Source: Styela clava
Lineage: Eukaryota
Assembly: GCF_964204865.1 (NCBI RefSeq)
Contig: NC_135253.1
Span: 16,430,001-16,494,000 of the forward strand
Length of the DNA: 64,000 nt
Direction of reading: 5' to 3'
The notes beneath the pieces are model-generated. The model saw only the letters and a program-made list of their open reading frames with translations. It did no database searches and had not been told where the DNA came from. Shown in pieces: positions 39,001 to 49,777 of this stretch. How positions within the stretch are numbered: position 1 is the first letter of the stretch; each line of letters opens with the position of its first letter. The position numbers and the translations under genes were made by a program.

Positions 39001-42000
39001 TTACTATGGCATTTTGTGAAGAAAGTTGGTGATCAGGAGTACGAAGCAGACGCCGGTCTGTAAACAATCAAAATATATTTATAAAGAAACATGCATTTTA
39101 TGTGTATTTTATGCACATCAAACAACATTCAAGAATTTTCTCCTTTCCTCACAGAGAACTAAAATCAAAATTTAATCAAATACATGCTAAGAACTTTTTG
39201 AACCAGAAATAATTTGGGATATGAAAATATATATTAAAAAATTATGAATCAAAATTGGATCAAATACGGTACATGCCAAGATGAAAAATATATATACAGG
39301 GTGTCCAAAAAATTTTGCCTCAAGTTCATATTAATAATAAATAAAAATTTCATAAAAAATAAAATTCATTGTATGATAAATGAGAACAACAAAGACAAAG
39401 AAATTTTAAATTGTTATTACTATAAAATCGGGCGAAATTTTTTGGACACCCTGTATATAAAAAATTATCACTAAAATTTCCTCAATCTAGCAACTGTCAT
39501 GTCATTTTTTATGGTTAACCTTGAGGGAGTGGGATCGCAATTCCTCTTGCATCAATCGTCACACCACCACATGTTTTTTCCATTACATTCATGATAGTTT
39601 TATTTATCCTCACATTCTGGAGGTGCATAATCAATCGACTCATAAATATGAAATTGATAGTATCCATGTTGCAAAGAGAGTACCTGTGAAGTAATCAAAA
39701 TGACATTAAAAATCATAACTATATTAAGATTACAGCAATTCACAGAATCATATTTTCAGAAACATTTACGTAAGCCAGGGGTCGGAAACCTTTTTCGACA
39801 AAATCTGCTAAATTTTAACTGCAAAATTCTGCCTTGTGCCGACCAAAATTAAAAGCAATGCTTTGTTAAATAATAAACCACTCAAACATATACAGACAGA
39901 CTCACTATTCTGGAAAATATCAGTCCGACAAATAGATTTGAAAACCTTTTTTATTCTATATCAGTGACACTTCTACTGCTGCATTACCGCTAATAGACAT
40001 TTTTACATTGGGTTTATATTTTGTAATTTTCAAAGAAATACACAAACTACGGGTTTCATCCCTCAGGCTACTCCTGTTACGAGACTTAAACAAGTTCATA
40101 ACTGAGAACAGAGATTGACAAGCATATGTAGATAAAAACATTAAATGAACACCTAGTTTCATCAGATAATTCAGAGTTTGAAACTTCTTATCTGAAGGAG
40201 AATGATCTTGTTTCTGATACCTCGCTCGCGTGCCGAATAAATGGGCTCACCCCTGACCAAAGCCAATAAAAATGTTTTGTCTCATTCCTAATTTACCTGT
40301 CTCGGGCCATTACAGCATTTTGCTGTTCTGCTACACTTGAGTTTACGTCAAGCATGCAATTCCGAAGATCTCGAAATGACCTTTCAGGTCCTTTCTTTTT
40401 AGATTTAGTATGAAACCTGTCGAGTAGGCTGTAATACTTTTCAGGATTTGCATCTGGGTCTATTTCTACTTTTTTTAACAAGCCCTCCTTTTGTAGTAAT
40501 AAATTTTTTTTGCTCCACTCGTATAGCATGCCTTTATATGGCTCAAACATGTCTGGGAGGCGATTTTCACCATGATGAGCAACCTGAAAGAATCAATACT
40601 TCTGATCCATATGTTATTGCAACTAAGATAAACCAACATAAACTTTCACACTCTATGCTTCATAATATAATTTCAAGTTCTAAACATTGATACTGAGAAT
40701 TTTAAAATCCATCTTCAAATATTGAGAGATTGGATTTCTGAATTGAGAAATAAACATTCCGATTTGTAACCTCTCACTGAAAACTACCTGTGATGCAATA
40801 TCCGAAATGTATACATTTGGACGTTGTATAAATGACAATAATCCATCGACATGGTCCCTTGCCGATTCCTGTCGAAGAGTGTATTTCATATACACACACA
40901 CGCCATGTGGACATCTAAAATGAACGATGCCACCTAGGAGTAGAAAGATATATCTTCAGGCATATTGTTGGTACAAAATATGAGTACGCAAGTGTTACAA
41001 GGGCATTCTGAAACCTGACACTTTATCATATGGCCAGTTATGCACATTCATGTATACTAAACTTCACAAAAGGAGCTCAATATGTCATAGATTTCCGCCC
41101 TTGTTCATAATATTTCTTCTGAAATATAAAAAATATGATATAAATATTTCAAGACAAAATTGTACCACCACATTTCTTCATGACCTTGTACATTTTCGGA
41201 TGTATATCTTTAAAAAGTACTGATTCATGCAATCTGTTTATGATCTGTTCTTTATTTCCTCCATCACTCAATCCAATTCTACAACACAGGTCCTTCAGTT
41301 TCGCAAGGCTCTGAAAGTCCCAACAATTTTTTTTCTTTTTCTACACTCCTGAAACTACACTTCAGGAAACAACAAATGATAAACAACAAATTGTGCATAT
41401 CTCAAATCTACTAAAACGCAATATATTTACAATTGATCCTATCATTTTGCTTCACTCAGCTCATCTTATCCCCAGCCCAGTACATATCCATAATATACTT
41501 CTTACTAATATCACATTCATCCTACTCCATTAGCTATACTCACATTTGCTTTGTCATGAAGTATGTTCATGATTTCTTCATGGGTGACGGTTCCATCTGA
41601 TTCTTTTTTTTTATCAGGGGCTTCAACCAAAACACCCTTTTTATATTCAGTGTTGAGGACTACGCCTCTTGATTTTTCGCCAATCCATGGTACTATTGTA
41701 TCATATCCAATCTCATTTTTCCATGGATTACATTGTGATCCTGAATACAAGCTTATTGCTATAATATCATGAGTATAAAAAAAACAAATACAAATCATAC
41801 CATAAATTCCACGCCCCAGAATCTCCATTTGATAGTTTGACCAGGATCTTTGGCAGTCAACTTCATCCCCTTGGGGGATAGAACTTTGTGGAGTTTTTGC
41901 TAAAATAACATTTATTTTTAGCCTCAAAGTTTTATAATCAATGAATAACATTGAGCCAAAATCTAAAAAGGTGCCGAAATTTCTAACTTTCGCAATGCAG

Positions 42001-45000
42001 ACTTATCTAATCATTTGTCCAATTTTTTTTGCTATGATTTTTAATGCCTTATTCAATGCCCTTTATTTAAATGCATATTGCACTGTCATAGTGCAATCAT
42101 ATTTACATGGTTAGGCTAAAGAATGGTGCTTCTATATACCATATGTCCGTATGTTGATTTCCTATTGTTAGAATCAAATTACAGCATAACATTGCACGAT
42201 AGCATAAACAAACAAAAATGCATAGCAAAATACATGTGTGGCAAGTTTATTATAGTGCGAGGGGGTAGATAGTAATGTAAAATACAAAGGTTACATCTAC
42301 TATTGTGATTCAATGCCTGGTGCAATTAAGAGTGTGAGTTACCTTCTCGGACACATGTGTTCTTCCAATTGCCGTCTCCAATCAACACCTTGGGATTAGA
42401 TCCACATTTGTAACATACGAAATCATAATCAATATCGAGTAATGCACAAAAGTGATAAAAACCATTTCTTATTGTTGTTTCTTCCACAGAGTCATCGAAC
42501 AATGTCCTTAGACTAGTACCAACAGATATGTGATTCTGGAAATGGAAAAAGATTTCTCATTACCCTTGAATACGAAAAACATTTGGCATCTGGAAATATA
42601 TATTATGAAGCAATTGATGTGGTACATCTCTAGTGGATAATATAGTTGCAAATTATCAGATCTGGAATTTTTTGCAATTCACTGTTTTATGTTATGCATC
42701 TACGAACAAATGTAAATAAAATTAATTTGTGGCACTTTTACATGATTAAGATTCTATTAAATTGTATCTATTTAAGTAATTATCTCAGTTAATTATCAAT
42801 CTAATTATAAGTATAATTTTATTATCATTTTGTATGGGAATTCATAGGAGTAATCATGATCATAATATCACAACTTTTTTCAGGACAATAACATGACTGA
42901 CATCTAAGACACACAGCAGTATATTAGATATTTTTTAGGTATGCAACCGGTAAATAAATGGAAAAGGTTGGCAAAATGGATGGCACCCTATACACAAGGT
43001 TTACTCACAAGTAAGGACTATGGGCAATTAAAATAACAGTTGATAAAACAAAATAGAAAACCTACTTCCACTCCTTTCATCAAATAGACACATAGCTTTA
43101 ATGAAAGAATCGTTCTATTATTGAAGTTATGAAATCCACTTTGGTACTCTTGGAATCTAACAATCAATCCACATGACACACATTTTTTATTCATTATGGT
43201 AATTCCTGAGATAAAAAAAAAATATGAAATTCATAAACTTTGATTACCAGAGTCATCAAGCAAAGTACGAAAATAGTTGAACAATCTTCACAATAGTAAT
43301 TTTACAAGCACTGTATTAGTAGTAATCTCACCATTCCACTTCTGACCCAGACTGTACACTGTTGCCTTTTTCCTTTCAAATATCATCAAATCACCCTGGC
43401 AGTGAGGGCAATGATTTTCAGGAGGACAGAAAATATCAGGTGGGGATAATTCACTCAAATGCGTTATCATTCTTGACGAATGATCGAAAGGTATTTTTTT
43501 AGACATCAAATACTTCATTGAAAGGACATCCATCTCAGAAATTGTTCGGGTACTGGGAATACTGAAATAAAAATCAACATAAATAAGATTGAAGGGTCAA
43601 AATGTCCAACACCTGATATTTATCACTCATACCTGGTTTTCTTGAACAGATCTGCATCATTCGATGCTAAATTCCACTTGCATAAAATTTCGTGAATGCA
43701 TGTCCTCGTTTCATTAGAAATGGGACATGCACAAGACCAGCGACAAATATCTTGGTCGAATGTTACTCGAACTCGACCTAACTTCGAATAATACTGCGCT
43801 GTTTCCTCAAAAACGGAAAAGTATATTTGTCTATCTTTATACCCAAGACTAGCGAAGTCAAGACGAACAGCAAGGGGACAACATTTATCATTGCAAGCAT
43901 TCAACAAATTTAAGCACAGCTCTTCCCTCTCTGCACCTATCATATTTATTCGCCTCAAATATGATAGTGCAGAAATTTGCAGAGTGTTGCCGGTACTTGT
44001 TACCATTTGTGCATTATTTACAGCCTCTAGATGGACACACTCGAATCCGGGATTTTGCGAATTTTCCATTGCATGAAGACAATTACTATTAGAACACCTA
44101 CTGACACCAAGTTTCAAATGCTTCTGAACATGAATTGGTGCCAGCAAACCGGCTGACTGAGCAACCATGTAGATTCCATTTGCGGAATCAACACATATGC
44201 ATGGATGTTTTACTTGTATAATTTTATGTTCTATCTGTCCATGATTTCTCAACGAAATCAAGTTGACAAAACACTTTCCACATATACGGCATTGATACAT
44301 AGCACTTGCATCTGAAAATACATAAATTTCAAAACATTCAGTCATGTTACCACAATGACATGCCTCAAACTTATTTCAATGACACTGACAATGAGAAGCC
44401 TTCACATAAATAGTATAAAACCCACAATTCTCATTTAAATATGTAATTCTTTTTTAGTTATATAAAGCCAGCGTCTGTAAACTTTTGTTGTTCGTGGGCC
44501 AAAATCAAAGGCTGCAAGTCATTGGCGTGCTGCACATGTTTTTTGGAAAGTTAAAAACCGAGGGAATAGCCAATGAATCATATTTTTTCACACAGATTTT
44601 AGTTATATTTCGAGCAACGTGCGAAGACTGATCATTTGAATATTTTATGCACCATTAAACCATTTGCACTCAGCATCAACTTTTTGCGTTCTATTTCCAT
44701 TGGTCTAATGACAATCAATTTATAGGCCCATTAAACGAATGATTGTGAATTATATACTTGTTAGGTTATAATATAATTTATCGTCTCAAAACAAATTCTG
44801 TTACGTAAAGAATATAATCTTCGATACAGTTTTTTGTTTATATAATTCAGTAAAGCGTCACGGGTCGGATTATATTGTTCTTGCCCGCGGGCCGTAGTTT
44901 GCCCACCCTTGGTATGAAGTCTAATATAACAGCTTGATTACTATTCAACTAGCAACTTGAAAAACAAATGCCAAATATAAATCAATCACCATATTCAATT

Positions 45001-45756
45001 TCCTTCTTTGTTTTTGCATAACCATACTGTTCCGGTATGACCGAAAACAATGTATTTTCTTGTAATCTCCTTTTTTTGAATCCATCGCTTTTCAGGCCGC
45101 TTTTTTGATTACATTCCAATTTTGAACTACAGCATTTCCCTCAATTCAAAATATCAACATGAATAATTCACGGTTATAAATATAATAACATTATCAGGCT
45201 GTGTATAACATTGTCAATAATTTTATAATAGATAAGGGATGTATTTCTGAAGTAACTTGCAATTCAACACAAACTCCGGTCTTATACCAAACTCCAGTCT
45301 TATTACTGAATATATCACCAAAATTTGATTCTAATGAAAATAGAAATATTCTATTTGATATACATATATTACCTCTTTGAGAAGATAAGTGACTTTTCAA
45401 ATAAGCACTTCTTCCATACATTTTAGGGCAGTAGGGACAGTGAAAATGACTTCTTTTTTTTTCTGACTCACTTTTGCGAAACAATGCAAAACACTTCCGG
45501 CGACATGGCAAGATAAACACTGAAAAAAAACGGAAATAAGTTAGTTGGTGTTCAGTATTATAAACAAATTAAAATTTATAAAACTCGCCAACTGACCGTT
45601 AGAAAATGAAATGGCATTATTTAAATGCATCACTTCTAAATGCTTCCCCAAATGCACAATCGCAGTTTTTGGATGACAAAGAGGACATTCACTTCCACTC
45701 GACAACTTCTCTAGAATTTCTGATTTGGACCCTTCGAATGCTCCATTATATTCCAT
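36056..45756 (-). CDS. Zisupton/HMGXB3-related KDZ transposase: C2H2 fingers, SWIM, CxC, SAP, KDZ core, Ulp1 (C48) protease, PHD; ~1190 aa
   Basis: Phase-compatible GT-AG exons: 45597-45756, 45373-45519, 43633-44311, 43332-43561, 43066-43205, 42343-42535, 41801-41899, 41544-41740, 41166-41310, 40788-40933, 40297-40583, 39520-39683, 39005-39057, 38739-38824, 38425-38575, 38054-38182, 37835-37903, 37678-37766, 37472-37592, 37287-37398, 36881-36933, 36056-36178 (sum 3573 nt; two extra exons near 44990-45330 are possible). Motifs: WSCACP..TCIH (SWIM), CYKCGSNPKVLIGDG, LAKLKDLCCRIGLSDGGNKEQIINRL (SAP), CPHG..ESARDHVD..YISD, DRFH, NSSVAEQ, NHW..VDP..QTDGSSCG, CSMC..WLGCDACDRWFHSEC..WRCPLC. Confidence 0.88.
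36988..37217. mobile_element. hAT MITE in a Zisupton intron
   Basis: CAACGGTTCTCAACC ... GGTTGAGAACCACTG TIRs. Confidence 0.65.
39297..39453. mobile_element. Tc1/mariner MITE in a Zisupton intron
   Basis: TA-flanked TIRs CAGGGTGTCCAAAAAATTT ... AAATTTTTTGGACACCCTG. Confidence 0.85.
39776..40255 (-). mobile_element. Non-autonomous hAT with a transposase dimerisation-domain remnant, in a Zisupton intron
   Basis: CAGGGG...CCCCTG termini, TSD acgtaagc/accaaagc (6 of 8). ORF 39956-40162 MFLSTYACQSLFSVMNLFKSRNRSSLRDE matches the hATC motif. Confidence 0.75.
44469..44911. mobile_element. hAT MITE in a Zisupton intron
   Basis: Left CAGCGTCTGTAAACTTTT..GGGCC, right GCCCGCGGGCCGTAGTTTGCCCACCCTTG, degenerate 8-bp TSD. 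Confidence 0.6.
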
Positions 45757-47794
45757 GTCCAAACTTAATATTTTGCATCCAACCAACCTGATACAGTCTG
45801 ACAGTGATGCAGGTGTATCGGCACAACAAAATAAAATATTAGAATGTATAACTTTACGTAAAATACCAACACTGAAACAAAATTGAAGTATTGGATATCA
45901 GCATATATATATATATATCCAGTACGGAAGTATTTTACTATTAGTTCGATACCGGCTTCAAAAACTAATTTTGAAACAGCAAACACAATGACAGAAAAGC
46001 TGTCATTTGTAACCGTATTTTCAGCTGCAATCTTGCACTTTACGGTCTGCATCAGCAGATCAGTGATCAGGCCAGCAATAAATAAAATATAAGTTAAATC
46101 CTTTATCCAATTTTCACAATCAAACTAGCAAGCAATATACCTCCCTCACATTAAGTAATACATTCAGACATTTGTAATGAGTACCGGTAAGTGTTCGAAT
46201 ACATCATTTTACTGGGTTGTAACATACCTGCATACGAGAGAGAGATTTATTGATTCGTCAACCAAAACAAATATGAATATGAAAGCATAAATACAAATAA
46301 ATAAACACTGTTTATGGTAAAGACTGGAGGGAGCGATACGACCATACGGTCATCCAAGTCAGCTCCCCCCAAATTCACTGTTATGCATAAGATTCACAGG
46401 TATTGGATGACTATGTGTGTAACAGCTAATTATAGAGTATTATACACTTGAATAATTGTAAAAAGCACAATTACAAGGGGCTAATGATTTCAGTTAGTTA
46501 TCACGCTCATATGATCATTGATCCATGCATATTAAGAAAAAATTACTAGGGGTCTGGAGAATTACTAATATGGAGAACAAATTGTGGTAGTTATACCCAA
46601 TGAGCGTATTTGGATAATTATTATTGTAAATGAAAAGGAATATAAATGAAAAAAATTAAAATATTGGATTTACGAAGATAGGATTAACTTTGGATCATGA
46701 AAAACAATTAAAACACAATGTGAATATGAAGATCAATATCAATGACTACTGAAAGGGATTTTTCAAAGTACAAGAAGGGGGTTTGTAATCAAATATCCAA
46801 ATAACTAATATCATTAATTAACAAGGGATGAAAAATAGAACTCTGAAACCAAATTGGGGTCTGTAGAGATCTAAGTTCTAGTGTCTACAGGGGGTGTACT
46901 GTGGAACGGGTGTACCCATTTAAACATTTTCATCAAACAACAAAAATCTCAAAAGGTAATTGAATATATCAAATATAAAGGAAACTTCCAGCAATATTAA
47001 ATTTTCAAATAGTTCAAATACCTATAGCAGTGCTATTGATAGGAAGTGGAGCTAATGTATTTGTGTTAATTAGCCAAAATATAGTAAAATTTTTACAATC
47101 AGGGATGTAGAGGGATGAATATTTAAACTCAAACTTCACTTACTATATTGTGAATAGAATATTAATTTGAGTTTGAAAATTGTCTATTGATTTGAAGGAT
47201 ACAAAGAATTGCGCTTTATTTGATAGAAAAAAAATGGATGGAATTCAATATTATGCTAATCCAGCCACTATCTGGAAAAACTATTTCAAAGTTGGGTCAT
47301 ACATGAAAGGAGGATTATATATATGTAATCGAATATTACAACATTATATAGAATATCCACATAACTGATTTGGTTGATTATATTTTTGCAATATTAGACC
47401 AGCGGAATTAATCAGTTGACAACTTTTGAGTTGTTGCATCAATATTAAGCCAAGAATAAACTACGGTACATCATATACAACTAATTTCAAAACAAGTTAT
47501 TCAGTTGAAACTTTCTGAGAAACTAATTCAGAGGATACAAGTTCAAAGTGCGATCATACATGAAATGAGAGTTATATACAGTATTTATATTCAAATATTA
47601 CAATATTATGCAGACCACCAGCAGAAATGATTTGATTGAATTTTATTCCTGCAATGTAGGACCATCAGAAATACTCTTGTGGCAGATTTACAAATTGTTA
47701 AATTAATATTTGATCATGATCCACTACAAGGAGAACAACCAGTTACAATACTGATTATGTTATTCAAAGTTCCCAACTTGCAAAATGTACCGGT

Positions 47795-48945
47795 ACCGGT
47801 ATTTCCAGGCAATAAATTCTCGGTTAAATGTGATTCAAGCGTATTCTTTTCACTAATAGGGGTTGCCTGTACCTTCAGGATCATTACTAACCTGTTAAAC
47901 ACACAAAAAAGAAGACTAATCCACATCTCAAAACAGAATTTGAGTGTGGCTCCATATTACTGAACTGCTCAAGTCTGTGGCTCCATTTTCTATCCTGTAT
48001 TTCTAAGCAATAAATTCTCGGCTAAATGGGATTCAAGCGTATTCTTTTCACTAATAAGGTTTGCCTGTACCTTCAAGATCATTACTAACCTGTTAAACAC
48101 ACAAAAAATAAGACTAATCCACTTCTCAAAACGAATTTGAGTGTGGCTCCATATTACTGAACTGCTCAAGTCTGTGGCTCCATTTTCCATCCTGTATTTC
48201 AAAGCAATAAATTCTCGGTTAAATGTGATTCAAGCGTATTCTTTTCACTAATAAGGTTTGCCTGTACCTTCAAGATCATTACTAACCTGTTAAACACACA
48301 AAAATAAGACTAATCCACTTCTCAAAACGAATTTGAGTGTGGCTCCATATTACTGAACTGCTCAAGTCTGTGGCTCCATTTTCTATCCTGTATTTCTAAG
48401 CAATAAATTCTCGGCTAAATGGGATTCAAGCGTATTCTTTTCACTAATAAGGTTTGCCTGTACCTTCAAGATCATTACTAACCTGTTAAACACACAAAAA
48501 ATAAGACTAATCCACTTCTCAAAACGAATTTGAGTGTGGCTCCATATTACTGAACTGCTCAAGTCTGTGGCTCCATTTTCCATCCTGTATTTCAAAGCAA
48601 TAAATTCTCGGTTAAATGTGATTCAAGCGTATTCTTTTCACTAATAAGGTTTGCCTGTACCTTCAAGATCATTACTAACCTGTTAAACACACAAAAAATA
48701 GGACTAATCCACTTCTTAAAACGAATTTGGGTGTGGCTCCATATTACTGAACTGCTCAAGTCTGTGGCTCCATTTTCTATCCTATACTTCCAGGCAATAA
48801 ATTCTCGGTTAAATGTGATTCAAGCGTATTCTTTTCACTAATAAGGTTTGGTTGTACCTTTAAGATCATTACTAACCTGTTAAACACACAAAAAATAAGA
48901 CTGATTCACTTTTCATAACAGAATTTGAGTGTGGCTCCATATTAC
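47795..48945 (-). repeat. Right ~197-bp subterminal tandem array (~6 copies) with a 393-bp dimeric higher-order structure
   Basis: ATTCAAGCGTATTC anchors at 47833, 48031, 48228, 48424, 48621, 48818; identical spurious ORFs 393 bp apart. Confidence 0.95.
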
Positions 48946-48956
48946 TGCATATCACC

Positions 48957-49076
48957 CTGGCCTGGCCCCAATTTCTCCGTGGCCCGGCCCCGATTTCTCC
49001 GTGGCCTGGCCCCGATTTCTCCGTGGCCTGGCCCCGATTTCTCCGTGGCCTGGCCCCATTTTAGTGGCCTGGCCTC
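48957..49076 (-). repeat. Right subterminal 22-bp tandem repeat, 6 cores
   Basis: GATTTCTCCGTGGCCTGGCCCC units; inverse of 30625-30743. Confidence 0.95.
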
Positions 49077-49777
49077 AAAGCCACAAAAAAGTGACCACTC
49101 CCTCTCCGACCACGGGGGCTCCACCTACAGCTGACTAATTTGCTTGTTACGTCATGCAGAAGTCTGCGTTCATTGGCCCATGATACCGGAAAAGTAGAGA
49201 AAATAGGACAGATGGTAACACATATTTGTTGTAGTAAAAGCGTCTTTTCTGTAAAACGTGCAACTTTTGGAAGTGGAAACAAGGCAATATTTGTTATTAA
49301 ATTTCTAAGAAACATTTTAAAATCATTTTCAGGTAGTTACCTTATGTGCTCTACGAAACTGAAAGATGAATGACCTCGGCTCGCGGCCTATTTTTGATTA
49401 CTCTTCGAACGCGACGCGGGCTAAGATAATGAAGACGAGGACCACATCTGAACCGTGAACCGATTATATTAATTGAAATTATTTTTTTTAATTTAAGCTA
49501 GGTAATAAAGTAAATCCTAACCCTACGTGGAAATCTGTCCAATGCAAAAAATTTCAATTCGTGCGTCACCATCATGCTACTGCTGATTGGCAAATGTTAC
49601 GGATATGAATAAGGAAGTTGAAGCTCGCGGGGGACATGCAAACAGAACTACAGATTCGTGGTCTGGCCTGTTGTTTCGCACTTTCCAGTGACACCCTCTC
49701 GTCGCAGCGTCGCGAAGCCTTGCAGCTTCCAGGACTTATTTTATTTTTAATTCGTATCCCTTTTCAATCAATGGTCG

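Larger units (their letters stand above)
30594..49106 (-). mobile_element. Zisupton (KDZ superfamily) multi-exon DNA transposon, ~18.5 kb
   Basis: Direct repeat CGACCACG at 30586-30593 and 49107-49114 (9 bp if the preceding C is counted). Imperfect TIR CAACAGGGGTGATAACTTTTTTGTGGC vs revcomp GAGAGGGAGTGGTCACTTTTTTGTGGC. Inverted subterminal repeat arrays. Internal KDZ/SWIM/SAP/Ulp1 gene. Confidence 0.85.
27945..49390 (-). mobile_element. Internally deleted Academ-type DNA transposon (~2.9 kb of own sequence) interrupted by an 18.5-kb Zisupton-type insertion
   Basis: ~270-bp imperfect TIRs 27945-28216 and 49125-49390 starting TAGGCCGCGAG, flanked by TTT/TTT (possible 3-bp TSD), with a transposase C-terminal remnant at 29054-29520. 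Confidence 0.75.

Noticed and set aside
46240-47700. Possible decayed LINE 3' sequences upstream of the Zisupton ATG
   Set aside because: Only faint motif resemblance; boundaries and strand could not be supported.
47714-48595. Repeated 70-aa ORFs (MKYRMENGATDLSS...)
   Set aside because: By-products of the 197/393-bp tandem repeat; no protein motif.
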